Of a DNA stretch of 64,000 nucleotides, positions 1 through 8,861 are shown in pieces. Positions within the stretch are counted from its first letter, which is position 1; the number at the start of each line of letters is the position of its first letter. This DNA comes from a virus. The notes beneath the pieces are model-generated. The model did not search any database. It was not told the origin of the DNA and worked only from the letters and a program-made list of their open reading frames with translations. The position numbers and the translations under genes were made by a program. The stretch is from the IMG/VR virus record IMGVR_UViG_3300024348_000004. One strand, given 5' to 3'.

Positions 1-155
1 AAATCGTTGCAGCTGCAATTTCAGATTTAACAACTGATAATCTTTCCGAAGGTTCCGCTAAGTACTACGCAAACTCTTTAGTAGACACACACATGTCGGA
101 TGCATCGACATCTAAGACACTGAACAATGTTCAGATTGACGGAGGAACTATCTAA
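1..155 (+). CDS. 3' end of a tail fibre/structural protein (partial)
   Basis: Open frame ending ...TTDNLSEGSAKYYAN...VQIDGGTI* (TAA 153-155 overlaps next ATG); shares the TD(N/D)LSEGS motif with the next gene. Confidence 0.6.
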   Translation, partial: IVAAAISDLTTDNLSEGSAKYYANSLVDTHMSDASTSKTLNNVQIDGGTI

Positions 156-2713
156 TGGCTGGTGAAAAGAATTTTAATATTAAGAATGGTTTAAACGTCA
201 ATGGCGTAGAGGTTATAGACTCTAGTGGTTCTATTACTGGTGCTGCTATTGGTAGTGAGACGATTGACGATAGAGTTGCTTCGTTACTAACTGCTGGTGC
301 AGGTATTGGATTAACATATGACGATACTGCTAACACATTAACAATTACAGGACAAGTTGGAGACATAACAGGAGTTAATGCTGGTGCTGGTTTAACTGGT
401 ACTGCAACTTCAGGTGATGCAACACTAAACATTGGTGCTGGTACAGGTATTACTGTAAATGCAGATGACATTGCAGTCAATATGTCTGCATTCGATACAG
501 GTGATTTATCAGAAGGCTCAAACCTATACTTCACAAACGAAAGAGTTGACGACAGAGTTAATTCTTTAATTGTTGCTGGAACAGGACTTACATCTACATA
601 TGATGACAGTGCTGGAACACTTACACTTAACGGACAAGTTGGTGATATTACAGGTGTTACTGCTGGTGATGGTCTTACAGGTGGCGGTACAAGTGGTGAT
701 GTATCACTTGCTGTCCAAGTAGATGACAGTTCAATCGAAACAGATTCAGACACATTAAGAGTCAAAGCAGGTGGTATTACTAATGCCATGTTGGCGGGTT
801 CTGTTGATAATAATAAACTATCCAATTCAAGTGTAACAATAAATTCTAATTCGTTATCATTAGGTGGGACATTAAATTTAGACACTGGTGATTTTGCAGA
901 AAACGGAAATCTATTCTTCACAAATGAAAGAGTTGACGATAGAGTTAACGCTTTAGTTACTGCTGGTGTAAACGTTGCAACAACTTATGACGATACAGCT
1001 GGAACACTAGAAATTAGAGTACCTTACGAAAATATTCAAGATACAGTTGGTGCTCAGATTGCAAGCAATGGTACACATACAGGTCTTACTGCATCTTATG
1101 ACGATGCAAACGATGGTGCAATCGACCTTGCAGTATCAACATCACATGTTAGAGGTTTAATATCAGCAAGTGGAGATTTATCATACGATAACTCAACTGG
1201 TGTAATTAGTTTCACAAACGATGCAGGTGATATCGAAAGTGTCACTGCTGGAGATGGTTTATCAGGTGGTGGAACTACAGGTGCATTATCACTTGCAGTA
1301 AATGTTGACGATAGTTCAATCGAAACAAGTTCAGACACATTACAAGTAAAAGCACTTGGTATTACAGACGCTATGTTGGCGGGTTCTATCTCAAATGCAA
1401 AACTTGCTAATAGTTCAATCACAGTTAACGGAAGTGCAACTGCCTTAGGTAGTGCAGTCACACTAGACACTGGTGATGTATCAGAAAATGGAAACCTTTA
1501 TCATACAACAGAAAGAGTTCAAGATGTTGTTGGTGCAATGGCGACTGCTGGAACAAACATAACACTTACATATGACGATACTGCTGGAACACTTACAATT
1601 AACTCTTCAGGAAAAACTGAAGAAGAAATCGAAGATATCGTAAATGGTTTGATAGTTGGTGGAACAAACATCACATCAACATATGACGATACTGCTGGAA
1701 CACTTACACTTGCTGGTTTATCAGATGCAAATATCAGAGGATTAGTATCTGCTGGTGGTGATTTATCATATAACAGTGGAACTGGTGCTTTCTCATTCAC
1801 AGAAAGAACAGATGCAGAGGTAAGAGGTCTAATCTCAGTTACTGATAACGCTGGAGATGGTTCACTATCATACAACTCTTCAACTGGTGCAATTACATAT
1901 TCAGGTATTAGTGATTCACAAGTAAGAGGTAAAATATCAGTCACCGATTCAGGTGGAGATGGTTCACTTGCATATAATAGTGGTACTGGTGTAATAACAT
2001 ATACAGGCCCTAATGCTGCTGAGACACGTGCTCATTTAAGTGCTGGTACTGGTGTTGCATACAGTGGTGGTCAATTCAGTATTGGACAGGCAGTTTCAAC
2101 AACTAGTGATGTGGCTTTTGCAGACCTTACACTTTCAGGCGATTTGACTGTTAACGGAACTACAACAACGGTTAATACTGCAACGCTTAATGTATCTGAT
2201 AATATCATTACACTTAACAATGATGTTACTGGAACACCTTCACAGGATTCAGGTATTGAAGTTGAAAGAGGAACTTCTGCTAATGTTTCATTGACATGGG
2301 ACGAGTCAGAAGACGAATGGACATTTGGTTCGTATAATGTTAAGGCATCTTCTTTTGAAGGTTCATTGACAGGAAACGCTTCTACTGCATCTAGTGCTGC
2401 TAAGTTAACTACTGCAAGAACAATTGCATTGGGTGGAGACTTATCAGGTTCTGCATCATTTGATGGAACTGGTAATATCACAATTTCAGCTGCAGTTGCA
2501 GATGATTCACATAATCATACGATTGCAAATGTTGACGGATTACAGACTGCTTTGAACACTAAATACGAGAGTGGTTCAAACGCAACACTAGGAACAATTA
2601 CTACAACTAACGCTAGTAATTCAGGTGGATATGTGAGAAACATATATCAGAACACATCAGCACCTTCAAGTAGTGATGGTGCGGTTGGTGATATGTGGAT
2701 TTTATACTCTTAA
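155..2713 (+). CDS. Tail fibre-like structural protein, Gly/Thr/Asp-rich repeats
   Basis: Repeated TGDxSExxNLYFTNERV and AGTxITxTYDDTAGTLT motifs; HNHTIANVDGLQTAL tail-repeat motif; C-terminal APSSSDGAVGDMWI typical of fibre tips. Confidence 0.8.
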   Translation: MAGEKNFNIKNGLNVNGVEVIDSSGSITGAAIGSETIDDRVASLLTAGAGIGLTYDDTANTLTITGQVGDITGVNAGAGLTGTATSGDATLNIGAGTGITVNADDIAVNMSAFDTGDLSEGSNLYFTNERVDDRVNSLIVAGTGLTSTYDDSAGTLTLNGQVGDITGVTAGDGLTGGGTSGDVSLAVQVDDSSIETDSDTLRVKAGGITNAMLAGSVDNNKLSNSSVTINSNSLSLGGTLNLDTGDFAENGNLFFTNERVDDRVNALVTAGVNVATTYDDTAGTLEIRVPYENIQDTVGAQIASNGTHTGLTASYDDANDGAIDLAVSTSHVRGLISASGDLSYDNSTGVISFTNDAGDIESVTAGDGLSGGGTTGALSLAVNVDDSSIETSSDTLQVKALGITDAMLAGSISNAKLANSSITVNGSATALGSAVTLDTGDVSENGNLYHTTERVQDVVGAMATAGTNITLTYDDTAGTLTINSSGKTEEEIEDIVNGLIVGGTNITSTYDDTAGTLTLAGLSDANIRGLVSAGGDLSYNSGTGAFSFTERTDAEVRGLISVTDNAGDGSLSYNSSTGAITYSGISDSQVRGKISVTDSGGDGSLAYNSGTGVITYTGPNAAETRAHLSAGTGVAYSGGQFSIGQAVSTTSDVAFADLTLSGDLTVNGTTTTVNTATLNVSDNIITLNNDVTGTPSQDSGIEVERGTSANVSLTWDESEDEWTFGSYNVKASSFEGSLTGNASTASSAAKLTTARTIALGGDLSGSASFDGTGNITISAAVADDSHNHTIANVDGLQTALNTKYESGSNATLGTITTTNASNSGGYVRNIYQNTSAPSSSDGAVGDMWILYS

Positions 2714-2750
2714 TAGAGTATATTTTTTTAATTTTTAAGGTATAATATAA

Positions 2751-4793
2751 ATGGCATCAGGTTCACAGAAGGTAAAAACACCGCAGGGCTGGAATTCTAC
2801 CCAAGGTGCTTGGGTTAAAACAGGTTCAACCACATGGAAAGCGGTAGACCAAATTTACGTTAAGACACCTACAGGGTGGAATAATGCATCGGGTCAACAG
2901 TCTGTACAACAACCTTACCCATACATTGCTAATAGTCAGACCCCATATATTGCGAATGCACAGCAACCGTATCCTTACATTGCTAATGCACAGACGCCTT
3001 ATATCGCTAACGCTCAGCAACCGTATCCGTACATTGCCAATAATCAGACGCCTTATATCGCTGCCGCTCAACAACCGTATCCTTATATAGCAAATAGTCA
3101 AACTCCATTTACGTACCAAAATAGACAACCATTTACGTATAGGAATCCTGTAAATGCACAGACACCATTTACGTATCAGAACAGGACACCATTTACATAT
3201 AGGAACCCAGTTAATGCTCAAACGCCTTATATCGCTAGCGCTCAGCAACCGTATCCGTACATTGCTAATAGTCAGACCCCATATATCGCTAATGCTCAAC
3301 AACCGTATCCTTATATAGCAAATAGTCAAACACCATATATTGCGAGTGCCCAGCAACCGTATCCATATATTGCTAATGCTCAAACGCCTTATATTGCTAA
3401 CGCTAGACAACCTGCTATTTATCAGAATCCATCAAGTTCACAGACACCTTACATTGCTCAGGCAAGACAACCTGCTGGATATAGAAATCCTGTTTCTGCA
3501 CAACAACCATATATCGCTAATGCTAGACAACCATTTACATACAGAAACCCTGTAAATGCTCAAACGCCTTATATTGCGAATGCTAGACAACCATTTACGT
3601 ATAGAAACCCAGTGAATGGTCAAAATCCGTACATTGCGAACGCACAACAACCATATCCGTATATTGCTAATAGTCAGACTCCATATATTGCGAATGCTCA
3701 ACAACCGTATCCATATATTGCGAATGCTCAAACGCCTTATATTGCTAACGCTAGACAACCAAACACATACGCCCGACAAGGTAGAACACCGTTCACGTAT
3801 CAGAACAGGTCTCCATTTACATACAGAAGCCCAGTTAACGGACAACAACCATTTACGTACCAAAACAGGTCTCCATTTACATATAGAAACCCTGTAGGAT
3901 ATCAAGTACCATTTACGTATCAAAATAGGTCACCGTTCACTTATAGAAACCCTGTAGGATATCGAGTACCATTTACGTATCAGAACAGACAACCTAGTAC
4001 GTATAGAAACCCAGTGAATGGACAACAACCATATATCGCTAACGCTAGACAACCTGCTGGTTACAGAAACCCAGTATCAGCACAGCAACCATATATTGCT
4101 AACGCTAGATACCCTGCTAACGCTCAGTCACCTAGTAATGCTCAATCGCCGTTTACTTACAATGCTAGATACCCTGCTAACGCTCAGAGTCCTAGTAATG
4201 GTCAAACACCGTTTACTTACAATGCTAGGTATCCTGCTAACGCTCAGAGTCCTAGTAATGGTCAAACACCGTTTACTTACAATGCTAGGTATCCAGCGAT
4301 TTACACTGCTAATGCTAGAGCATCTGTGAGTTCAAGAAGTCCTGGCACCTATCCATACAGGTCACCTGTTGGTTATTGGGAATCTAGTACTAACAGTGCT
4401 AGTAATTATCAGATGGGATATGTTGAGGGTGTAGGTTTATACTCTGCTTTTGGTGCCCCTTTGGGAAGTTATCAAACCGCTTTTGGTTCTTTACAGAACT
4501 TTAGTACTGTTACTGGTAACACCGGCTTGCCATTCTACGCTGTTACAGCATACCAAAGCAGTCAGTCTGCATCGACAAGTTTTTACATTGGTAGTAACAG
4601 TACCCTACCAATTGGCCCGCTGTCGCAAATTCTTGTTCAATGGACTAGAGGTTATTACCCATCACCTTTCTCAATACCATTCCAGTATATGCAGTTTTCA
4701 CAAGGTACGTGGTATATACAAGGTAGAAATATGATAAGAGAAAACAGTCCAGCTGGTGCTTATGGCGCCCTTAGAATAGATATAACAAAATAG
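2751..4793 (+). CDS. Repeat protein A (putative fibre/adhesin): Trp-rich N-terminus, 460-aa Pro-delimited array, 165-aa unique C-terminal domain
   Basis: ORF track; modules YIANA(Q/R)QP, YPYIANSQTP, FTYQNRxP, FTYRNPVNAQTP. Confidence 0.8.
   Translation: MASGSQKVKTPQGWNSTQGAWVKTGSTTWKAVDQIYVKTPTGWNNASGQQSVQQPYPYIANSQTPYIANAQQPYPYIANAQTPYIANAQQPYPYIANNQTPYIAAAQQPYPYIANSQTPFTYQNRQPFTYRNPVNAQTPFTYQNRTPFTYRNPVNAQTPYIASAQQPYPYIANSQTPYIANAQQPYPYIANSQTPYIASAQQPYPYIANAQTPYIANARQPAIYQNPSSSQTPYIAQARQPAGYRNPVSAQQPYIANARQPFTYRNPVNAQTPYIANARQPFTYRNPVNGQNPYIANAQQPYPYIANSQTPYIANAQQPYPYIANAQTPYIANARQPNTYARQGRTPFTYQNRSPFTYRSPVNGQQPFTYQNRSPFTYRNPVGYQVPFTYQNRSPFTYRNPVGYRVPFTYQNRQPSTYRNPVNGQQPYIANARQPAGYRNPVSAQQPYIANARYPANAQSPSNAQSPFTYNARYPANAQSPSNGQTPFTYNARYPANAQSPSNGQTPFTYNARYPAIYTANARASVSSRSPGTYPYRSPVGYWESSTNSASNYQMGYVEGVGLYSAFGAPLGSYQTAFGSLQNFSTVTGNTGLPFYAVTAYQSSQSASTSFYIGSNSTLPIGPLSQILVQWTRGYYPSPFSIPFQYMQFSQGTWYIQGRNMIRENSPAGAYGALRIDITK
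2916..4295 (+). repeat. Coding modular repeat array of protein A (24 x [10- or 12-aa module + 8-aa module])
   Basis: Manual parse of the translation, aa 56-515. Confidence 0.9.
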
Positions 4794-4804
4794 GAATTAG
4801 AAAT

Positions 4805-5065
4805 ATGGCATTATATGAAACAACAATAACAAACCTCGATGGAAGTACTGAAATTGCTTTAAATAAAGATTATATATTTTCTGATATTGACGGAGATGTA
4901 ACTTGTACACAAACAGGATTTAAAGCAGCATACACAGTAGGAGAAAATACGGACTTAGCACAAGCTGAGACAGATATCGATGCTTGTATTGCTAACAACT
5001 TGGAAGTTTGGGCTTGGCAGAAGTATTACCAAAACCCTCTGAACCCAAGTGAACTAAGGGATTAA
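4805..5065 (+). CDS. Small acidic hypothetical protein between the two repeat genes
   Basis: 86-aa ORF with upstream AGGA RBS. Confidence 0.7.
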   Translation: MALYETTITNLDGSTEIALNKDYIFSDIDGDVTCTQTGFKAAYTVGENTDLAQAETDIDACIANNLEVWAWQKYYQNPLNPSELRD

Positions 5066-5076
5066 TAGGAAAAGAC

Positions 5077-6588
5077 ATGGCACAAGGCAGTTATCAGGTT
5101 CCATCCATTGCACAACAACCGTTCACGTACAGCGCATCGTATCGTGTGCCTTATATTGCGAATGCTAGACAACCATTTACGTATAGAAACCCATTTACGT
5201 ATCGTGTGCCTTATATTGCTAACGCAAGACAACCATTTACGTATAGAAACCCATTCACATATAGGGTTCCATACATTGCGAATGCTAGACAACCTAGTAC
5301 GTATCGTAACCCATTCACATATAGGGTTCCGTTCACATACCAAAACAGGTCTCCATTTACATATAGAAACCCTGTAAGTTATCGTGTGCCATTTACTTAC
5401 AATAATAGACAACCATTTACATATAGAAACCCTGTAAATGCTCAAACGCCTTATATTGCCAATGCTAGACAACCTGCTGGTTACAGAAACCCTGTTTCAG
5501 GACAACAACCATATATTGCGAATGCTAGACAACCTGCTGGTTACAGAAACCCAGTATCAGCACAGCAACCATATATTGCTAACGCAAGGAATCCATTCAC
5601 ATATAGAAACCCTGTAAACGGTCAACAACCATATATTGCGAGTGCTCAGCAACCATATCCATATATTGCTAATAGTCAAACACCGTTCACTTATCAGAAC
5701 AGACAACCTAGTACATATGCTAGACAGGGTCAAACACCATTTACGTACCAAAATAGACAACCTGGCACATATGCTAGACAGGGTCAAACTCCATTTACGT
5801 ACCAAAATAGACAACCATTTACGTATAGAAACCCAGTGAATGGTCAAACGCCATTTACGTATCAGAACAGACAACCTAGTACGTATAGAAACCCAGTGAA
5901 TGGTCAAACTCCATTTACGTACCAAAACAGGTCTCCATTTACATATAGAAACCCTGTAGGTTATCAAGTACCATTTACATATAGTAATAGACAACCTGCT
6001 ATCTATGGAAACCCTGTAAGTTATCAAGTACCATTTACGTATCAGAACAGACAACCTAGTACATATCAGAGAACTGGTCAAACACCATTTACGTACCAAA
6101 ATAGACAACCTGGCACATATGCTAGACAGGGTCAAACACCATTTACGTATCAGAACAGACAACCTGGCACATATGCTAGACAGGGTCAAACACCGTTCAC
6201 GTATCAGAACAGACAACCTAGTACGTATAGAAACCCAGTGAATGGACAACAACCATATATCGCTAACGCTAGACAACCTAGTACGTATAGAAATCCAGTG
6301 AATGGTCAACAACCATATATTGCTAATGCAAGACAACCTGCCACCTATGCTAGACAGGGTAGAACACCGTTCACTTATCAGAACAGACAACCTGGCACAT
6401 ATGCACGACAAGGACAAACTCCTTTCACGTATCAACACAGACAACCTTCAACATATAGTAGACAAGGTAGAACACCGTTCACTTATCAGAACAGACAACC
6501 TTCGACATATGCTAGACAAGGTAGAACACCTGTTATACGTTGGGATGGTAACTTGTCACAACAGTGGCCTGCTGCTGATATAAGTTAA
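5077..6588 (+). CDS. Repeat protein B (mirror partner of protein A)
   Basis: 503 aa, almost entirely the same module vocabulary; AGGAAA RBS. Confidence 0.8.
   Translation: MAQGSYQVPSIAQQPFTYSASYRVPYIANARQPFTYRNPFTYRVPYIANARQPFTYRNPFTYRVPYIANARQPSTYRNPFTYRVPFTYQNRSPFTYRNPVSYRVPFTYNNRQPFTYRNPVNAQTPYIANARQPAGYRNPVSGQQPYIANARQPAGYRNPVSAQQPYIANARNPFTYRNPVNGQQPYIASAQQPYPYIANSQTPFTYQNRQPSTYARQGQTPFTYQNRQPGTYARQGQTPFTYQNRQPFTYRNPVNGQTPFTYQNRQPSTYRNPVNGQTPFTYQNRSPFTYRNPVGYQVPFTYSNRQPAIYGNPVSYQVPFTYQNRQPSTYQRTGQTPFTYQNRQPGTYARQGQTPFTYQNRQPGTYARQGQTPFTYQNRQPSTYRNPVNGQQPYIANARQPSTYRNPVNGQQPYIANARQPATYARQGRTPFTYQNRQPGTYARQGQTPFTYQHRQPSTYSRQGRTPFTYQNRQPSTYARQGRTPVIRWDGNLSQQWPAADIS
5152..6531 (+). repeat. 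Coding modular repeat array of protein B (24 x [8-aa module + 10- or 12-aa module])
   Basis: Manual parse, aa 26-485; 25+460+18 = 503 aa. Confidence 0.9.
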
Positions 6589-6636
6589 TTTTCATCGACT
6601 AAATACTGGTAGAAGCAATTTACTGGAATTTAGTTT

Positions 6637-8232
6637 ATGGAAAAAATAACAACACTTGATGCACTACTTCTAAAATTAGAAGAAACCCCTATACCAACTG
6701 AAGAACTCAAAACTTATGGTCATGCTCAGAGGCATCAATTACCCCAATATCATTTAGGGTCTACTAATATTGATGAGATTGATAAAGACAGCGAGTTCTA
6801 TAAAGTCTTATCATATTTTTTTGATAATGTTATGCCTCCCCTACGACTTCTTAAGTGGTCAGACCTTGATACACTGAGAAGACAGAAAGAGATTACGACC
6901 TTTAATGGATTACAATTTCAGTGTAATGCATATCACAAATTCATGCCAGATATTTACACTTCAGGAATCCAACCCGAAGGTGAAAAAAACATAACAACAA
7001 AATTCCAAGTTGCTACTGTTGATGATGAAATAAAAGAAATTAAAGACTACTGTGGTGAAGCAACCGACCCACGTGACTTTCATCAAGAAGATTTTAACAT
7101 ATCTATGAATTCAATGTATTATCATAGTGCGAAAGCTCATTGGATTACACAAAGTATTAGAGAGGAGGGATTGTGGGCTCCTATTCAAGGATATACTCAA
7201 TCTCCTAACGGTGGTAATTTCACACAACTTATGATACATCCAGGCAGTGTACGTTCAGGTGTATTTGAAGAGATGGAAGACCCAACACATGAACTTTTGA
7301 TATGGGATTTCCAAGATACATTCCCCGACATTCCATCAATGTCCATAGACGATTCTTTGGATTACTGGAAAGAAACCATCCTCAATGGTAATACAAAATG
7401 CAATCATAAAAACTTGAGTGTTATATTTACTAATGGTACACTTGAATACCAATCCGACCATTCCAATATAGAATTTAGAAGAGAAGTTTGGAAACATAGT
7501 AAGAAGTTTACAGAACTTTCTGCTGGAAAACCTCTAACAATTTATATTGGTTATGACCCTAGACACAATAATCTAGAGTTGTACTCCAAGCAATCTATAT
7601 TAGATGCAGTGAAGAGAAGTGTTGGTGGTGGGAGATTTGTTGATTACACTAGGTTTACGCCAGAAATTAAAATACTTGACATTTCAAAGATACCCGAGTA
7701 CACTAGAGAGTATGCAAATCAATCTACTGAGTTTACATACAGTAGATTCTTAATACCGTATCTTGAGAACTATGAAGGGTTTAGTATGTTTGTAGATGAT
7801 GACTTCATCTTTAATAAAAACCCTATGCCGATGTTCTATTACCTAGGTCAAGATGATGCAGTAGCATGTATCAAGTATCCGCAAATTAAACATGATGAAA
7901 CCAAGTTTGATGGAGAAGTTAATATAGATTATCCATGTAAACTATGGTCATCTATGATGTTCTTCAATAACAGTCATCCCGACTGTAAGAAGTTAACACC
8001 CGAAGTGGTTAACACTTGGACAGGTGCCCAATTGCATCAATTCGAATGGACTGATAAGATTGCTCCCATCCCCGAGAAGTATGTGTTCGTTGAGGGATAT
8101 GATGACCCCGAGGTTAAGTGGGATTTCTCTGCTGTTCACTATACAAGAGGTGGGCCATGGATAAATGGGATGGATACAGAACACATAAATAATTTAGAAC
8201 ACTACAACAAAGTTAAAAACAGCTTGTTGTGA
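6637..8232 (+). CDS. GT-A fold glycosyltransferase fused to an N-terminal, possibly ParB/Srx-like, domain
   Basis: C-terminal YIGYDPR, STEFTYSRFLIPYL, DDDF, WSSMM, HYTRGGPW; N-terminal SIREEGLWAPI...HPGSVR. Confidence 0.7.
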   Translation: MEKITTLDALLLKLEETPIPTEELKTYGHAQRHQLPQYHLGSTNIDEIDKDSEFYKVLSYFFDNVMPPLRLLKWSDLDTLRRQKEITTFNGLQFQCNAYHKFMPDIYTSGIQPEGEKNITTKFQVATVDDEIKEIKDYCGEATDPRDFHQEDFNISMNSMYYHSAKAHWITQSIREEGLWAPIQGYTQSPNGGNFTQLMIHPGSVRSGVFEEMEDPTHELLIWDFQDTFPDIPSMSIDDSLDYWKETILNGNTKCNHKNLSVIFTNGTLEYQSDHSNIEFRREVWKHSKKFTELSAGKPLTIYIGYDPRHNNLELYSKQSILDAVKRSVGGGRFVDYTRFTPEIKILDISKIPEYTREYANQSTEFTYSRFLIPYLENYEGFSMFVDDDFIFNKNPMPMFYYLGQDDAVACIKYPQIKHDETKFDGEVNIDYPCKLWSSMMFFNNSHPDCKKLTPEVVNTWTGAQLHQFEWTDKIAPIPEKYVFVEGYDDPEVKWDFSAVHYTRGGPWINGMDTEHINNLEHYNKVKNSLL

Positions 8233-8270
8233 TAACAATCTTATGATATAATGGAGAAAAAGGATATATT

Positions 8271-8861
8271 ATGAATGCACTAATTTACACAGAAAACAAT
8301 GAACTTATGATTACCAAACCTAATGGTTTGCATTATAAGTTTGAAAATGTCGACAAACCCGAATTGGGATTTGATTATGATGTTCTAGTCTACGCTGAAG
8401 AAGAACTTAAGATTCTCAACTGGGATGTTCAAAAAGAGTTCCAAGACCAAGAACAAATTCCCTTAAATGCAGATGAAAAAGACGCTGTCGAAACTTACAT
8501 TAAAAATTCAGAACCACCTATGGGTGTCACTTTAAACAGTCAATACATTGAACAACTAGCTTATATGTGTAATAAGAATGTTGAAGCATGTGCTAACGGA
8601 TTTAATTTTTCTGATTTGGCAGAGGTTGTCTATGTTGGTAGAGAAGGTTCCAACCATCCTTACAGGTCTAATGCTAGACGTGTTATGGAGTATGCTGATG
8701 CATTATGGCACATCTTTGACCAAGTTATGAATGAGATTGTAAAAACTAGAGAAGATACTCTTAGAGATTTTGCTAGTTATGTGGAACAACTACCACAACC
8801 ACAACAAATTCCCGAAACAGAAAATTTCGCACATAATCGGGATACAAAAGTTGGCGGTTAA
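8271..8861 (+). CDS. Hypothetical protein
   Basis: 196-aa ORF, AAGGA RBS, upstream TATAAT. Confidence 0.7.
   Translation: MNALIYTENNELMITKPNGLHYKFENVDKPELGFDYDVLVYAEEELKILNWDVQKEFQDQEQIPLNADEKDAVETYIKNSEPPMGVTLNSQYIEQLAYMCNKNVEACANGFNFSDLAEVVYVGREGSNHPYRSNARRVMEYADALWHIFDQVMNEIVKTREDTLRDFASYVEQLPQPQQIPETENFAHNRDTKVGG

Noticed and set aside
148-2481. Minus-strand ORFs opposite the tail fibre gene
   Set aside because: Antisense shadows of Gly/Thr/Asp-rich coding sequence
2916-6531. CRISPR array or diversity-generating retroelement reading of the repeats
   Set aside because: Repeats are in-frame, vary at synonymous positions and have no unique spacers; no cas or reverse transcriptase gene in the window
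2826-6583. Long alternative-frame and minus-strand ORFs within the repeat genes
   Set aside because: Shadows of repetitive, codon-biased coding sequence with no independent gene signals
2751-6588. DNA inverted repeat or inversion as the cause of the mirror
   Set aside because: Both genes are on the same strand and facing modules are not reverse complements in DNA
2751-6588. RiPP-type multi-core precursor peptides
   Set aside because: No leader peptide, protease or transporter; fibre-gene context and mirror pairing fit a structural role better
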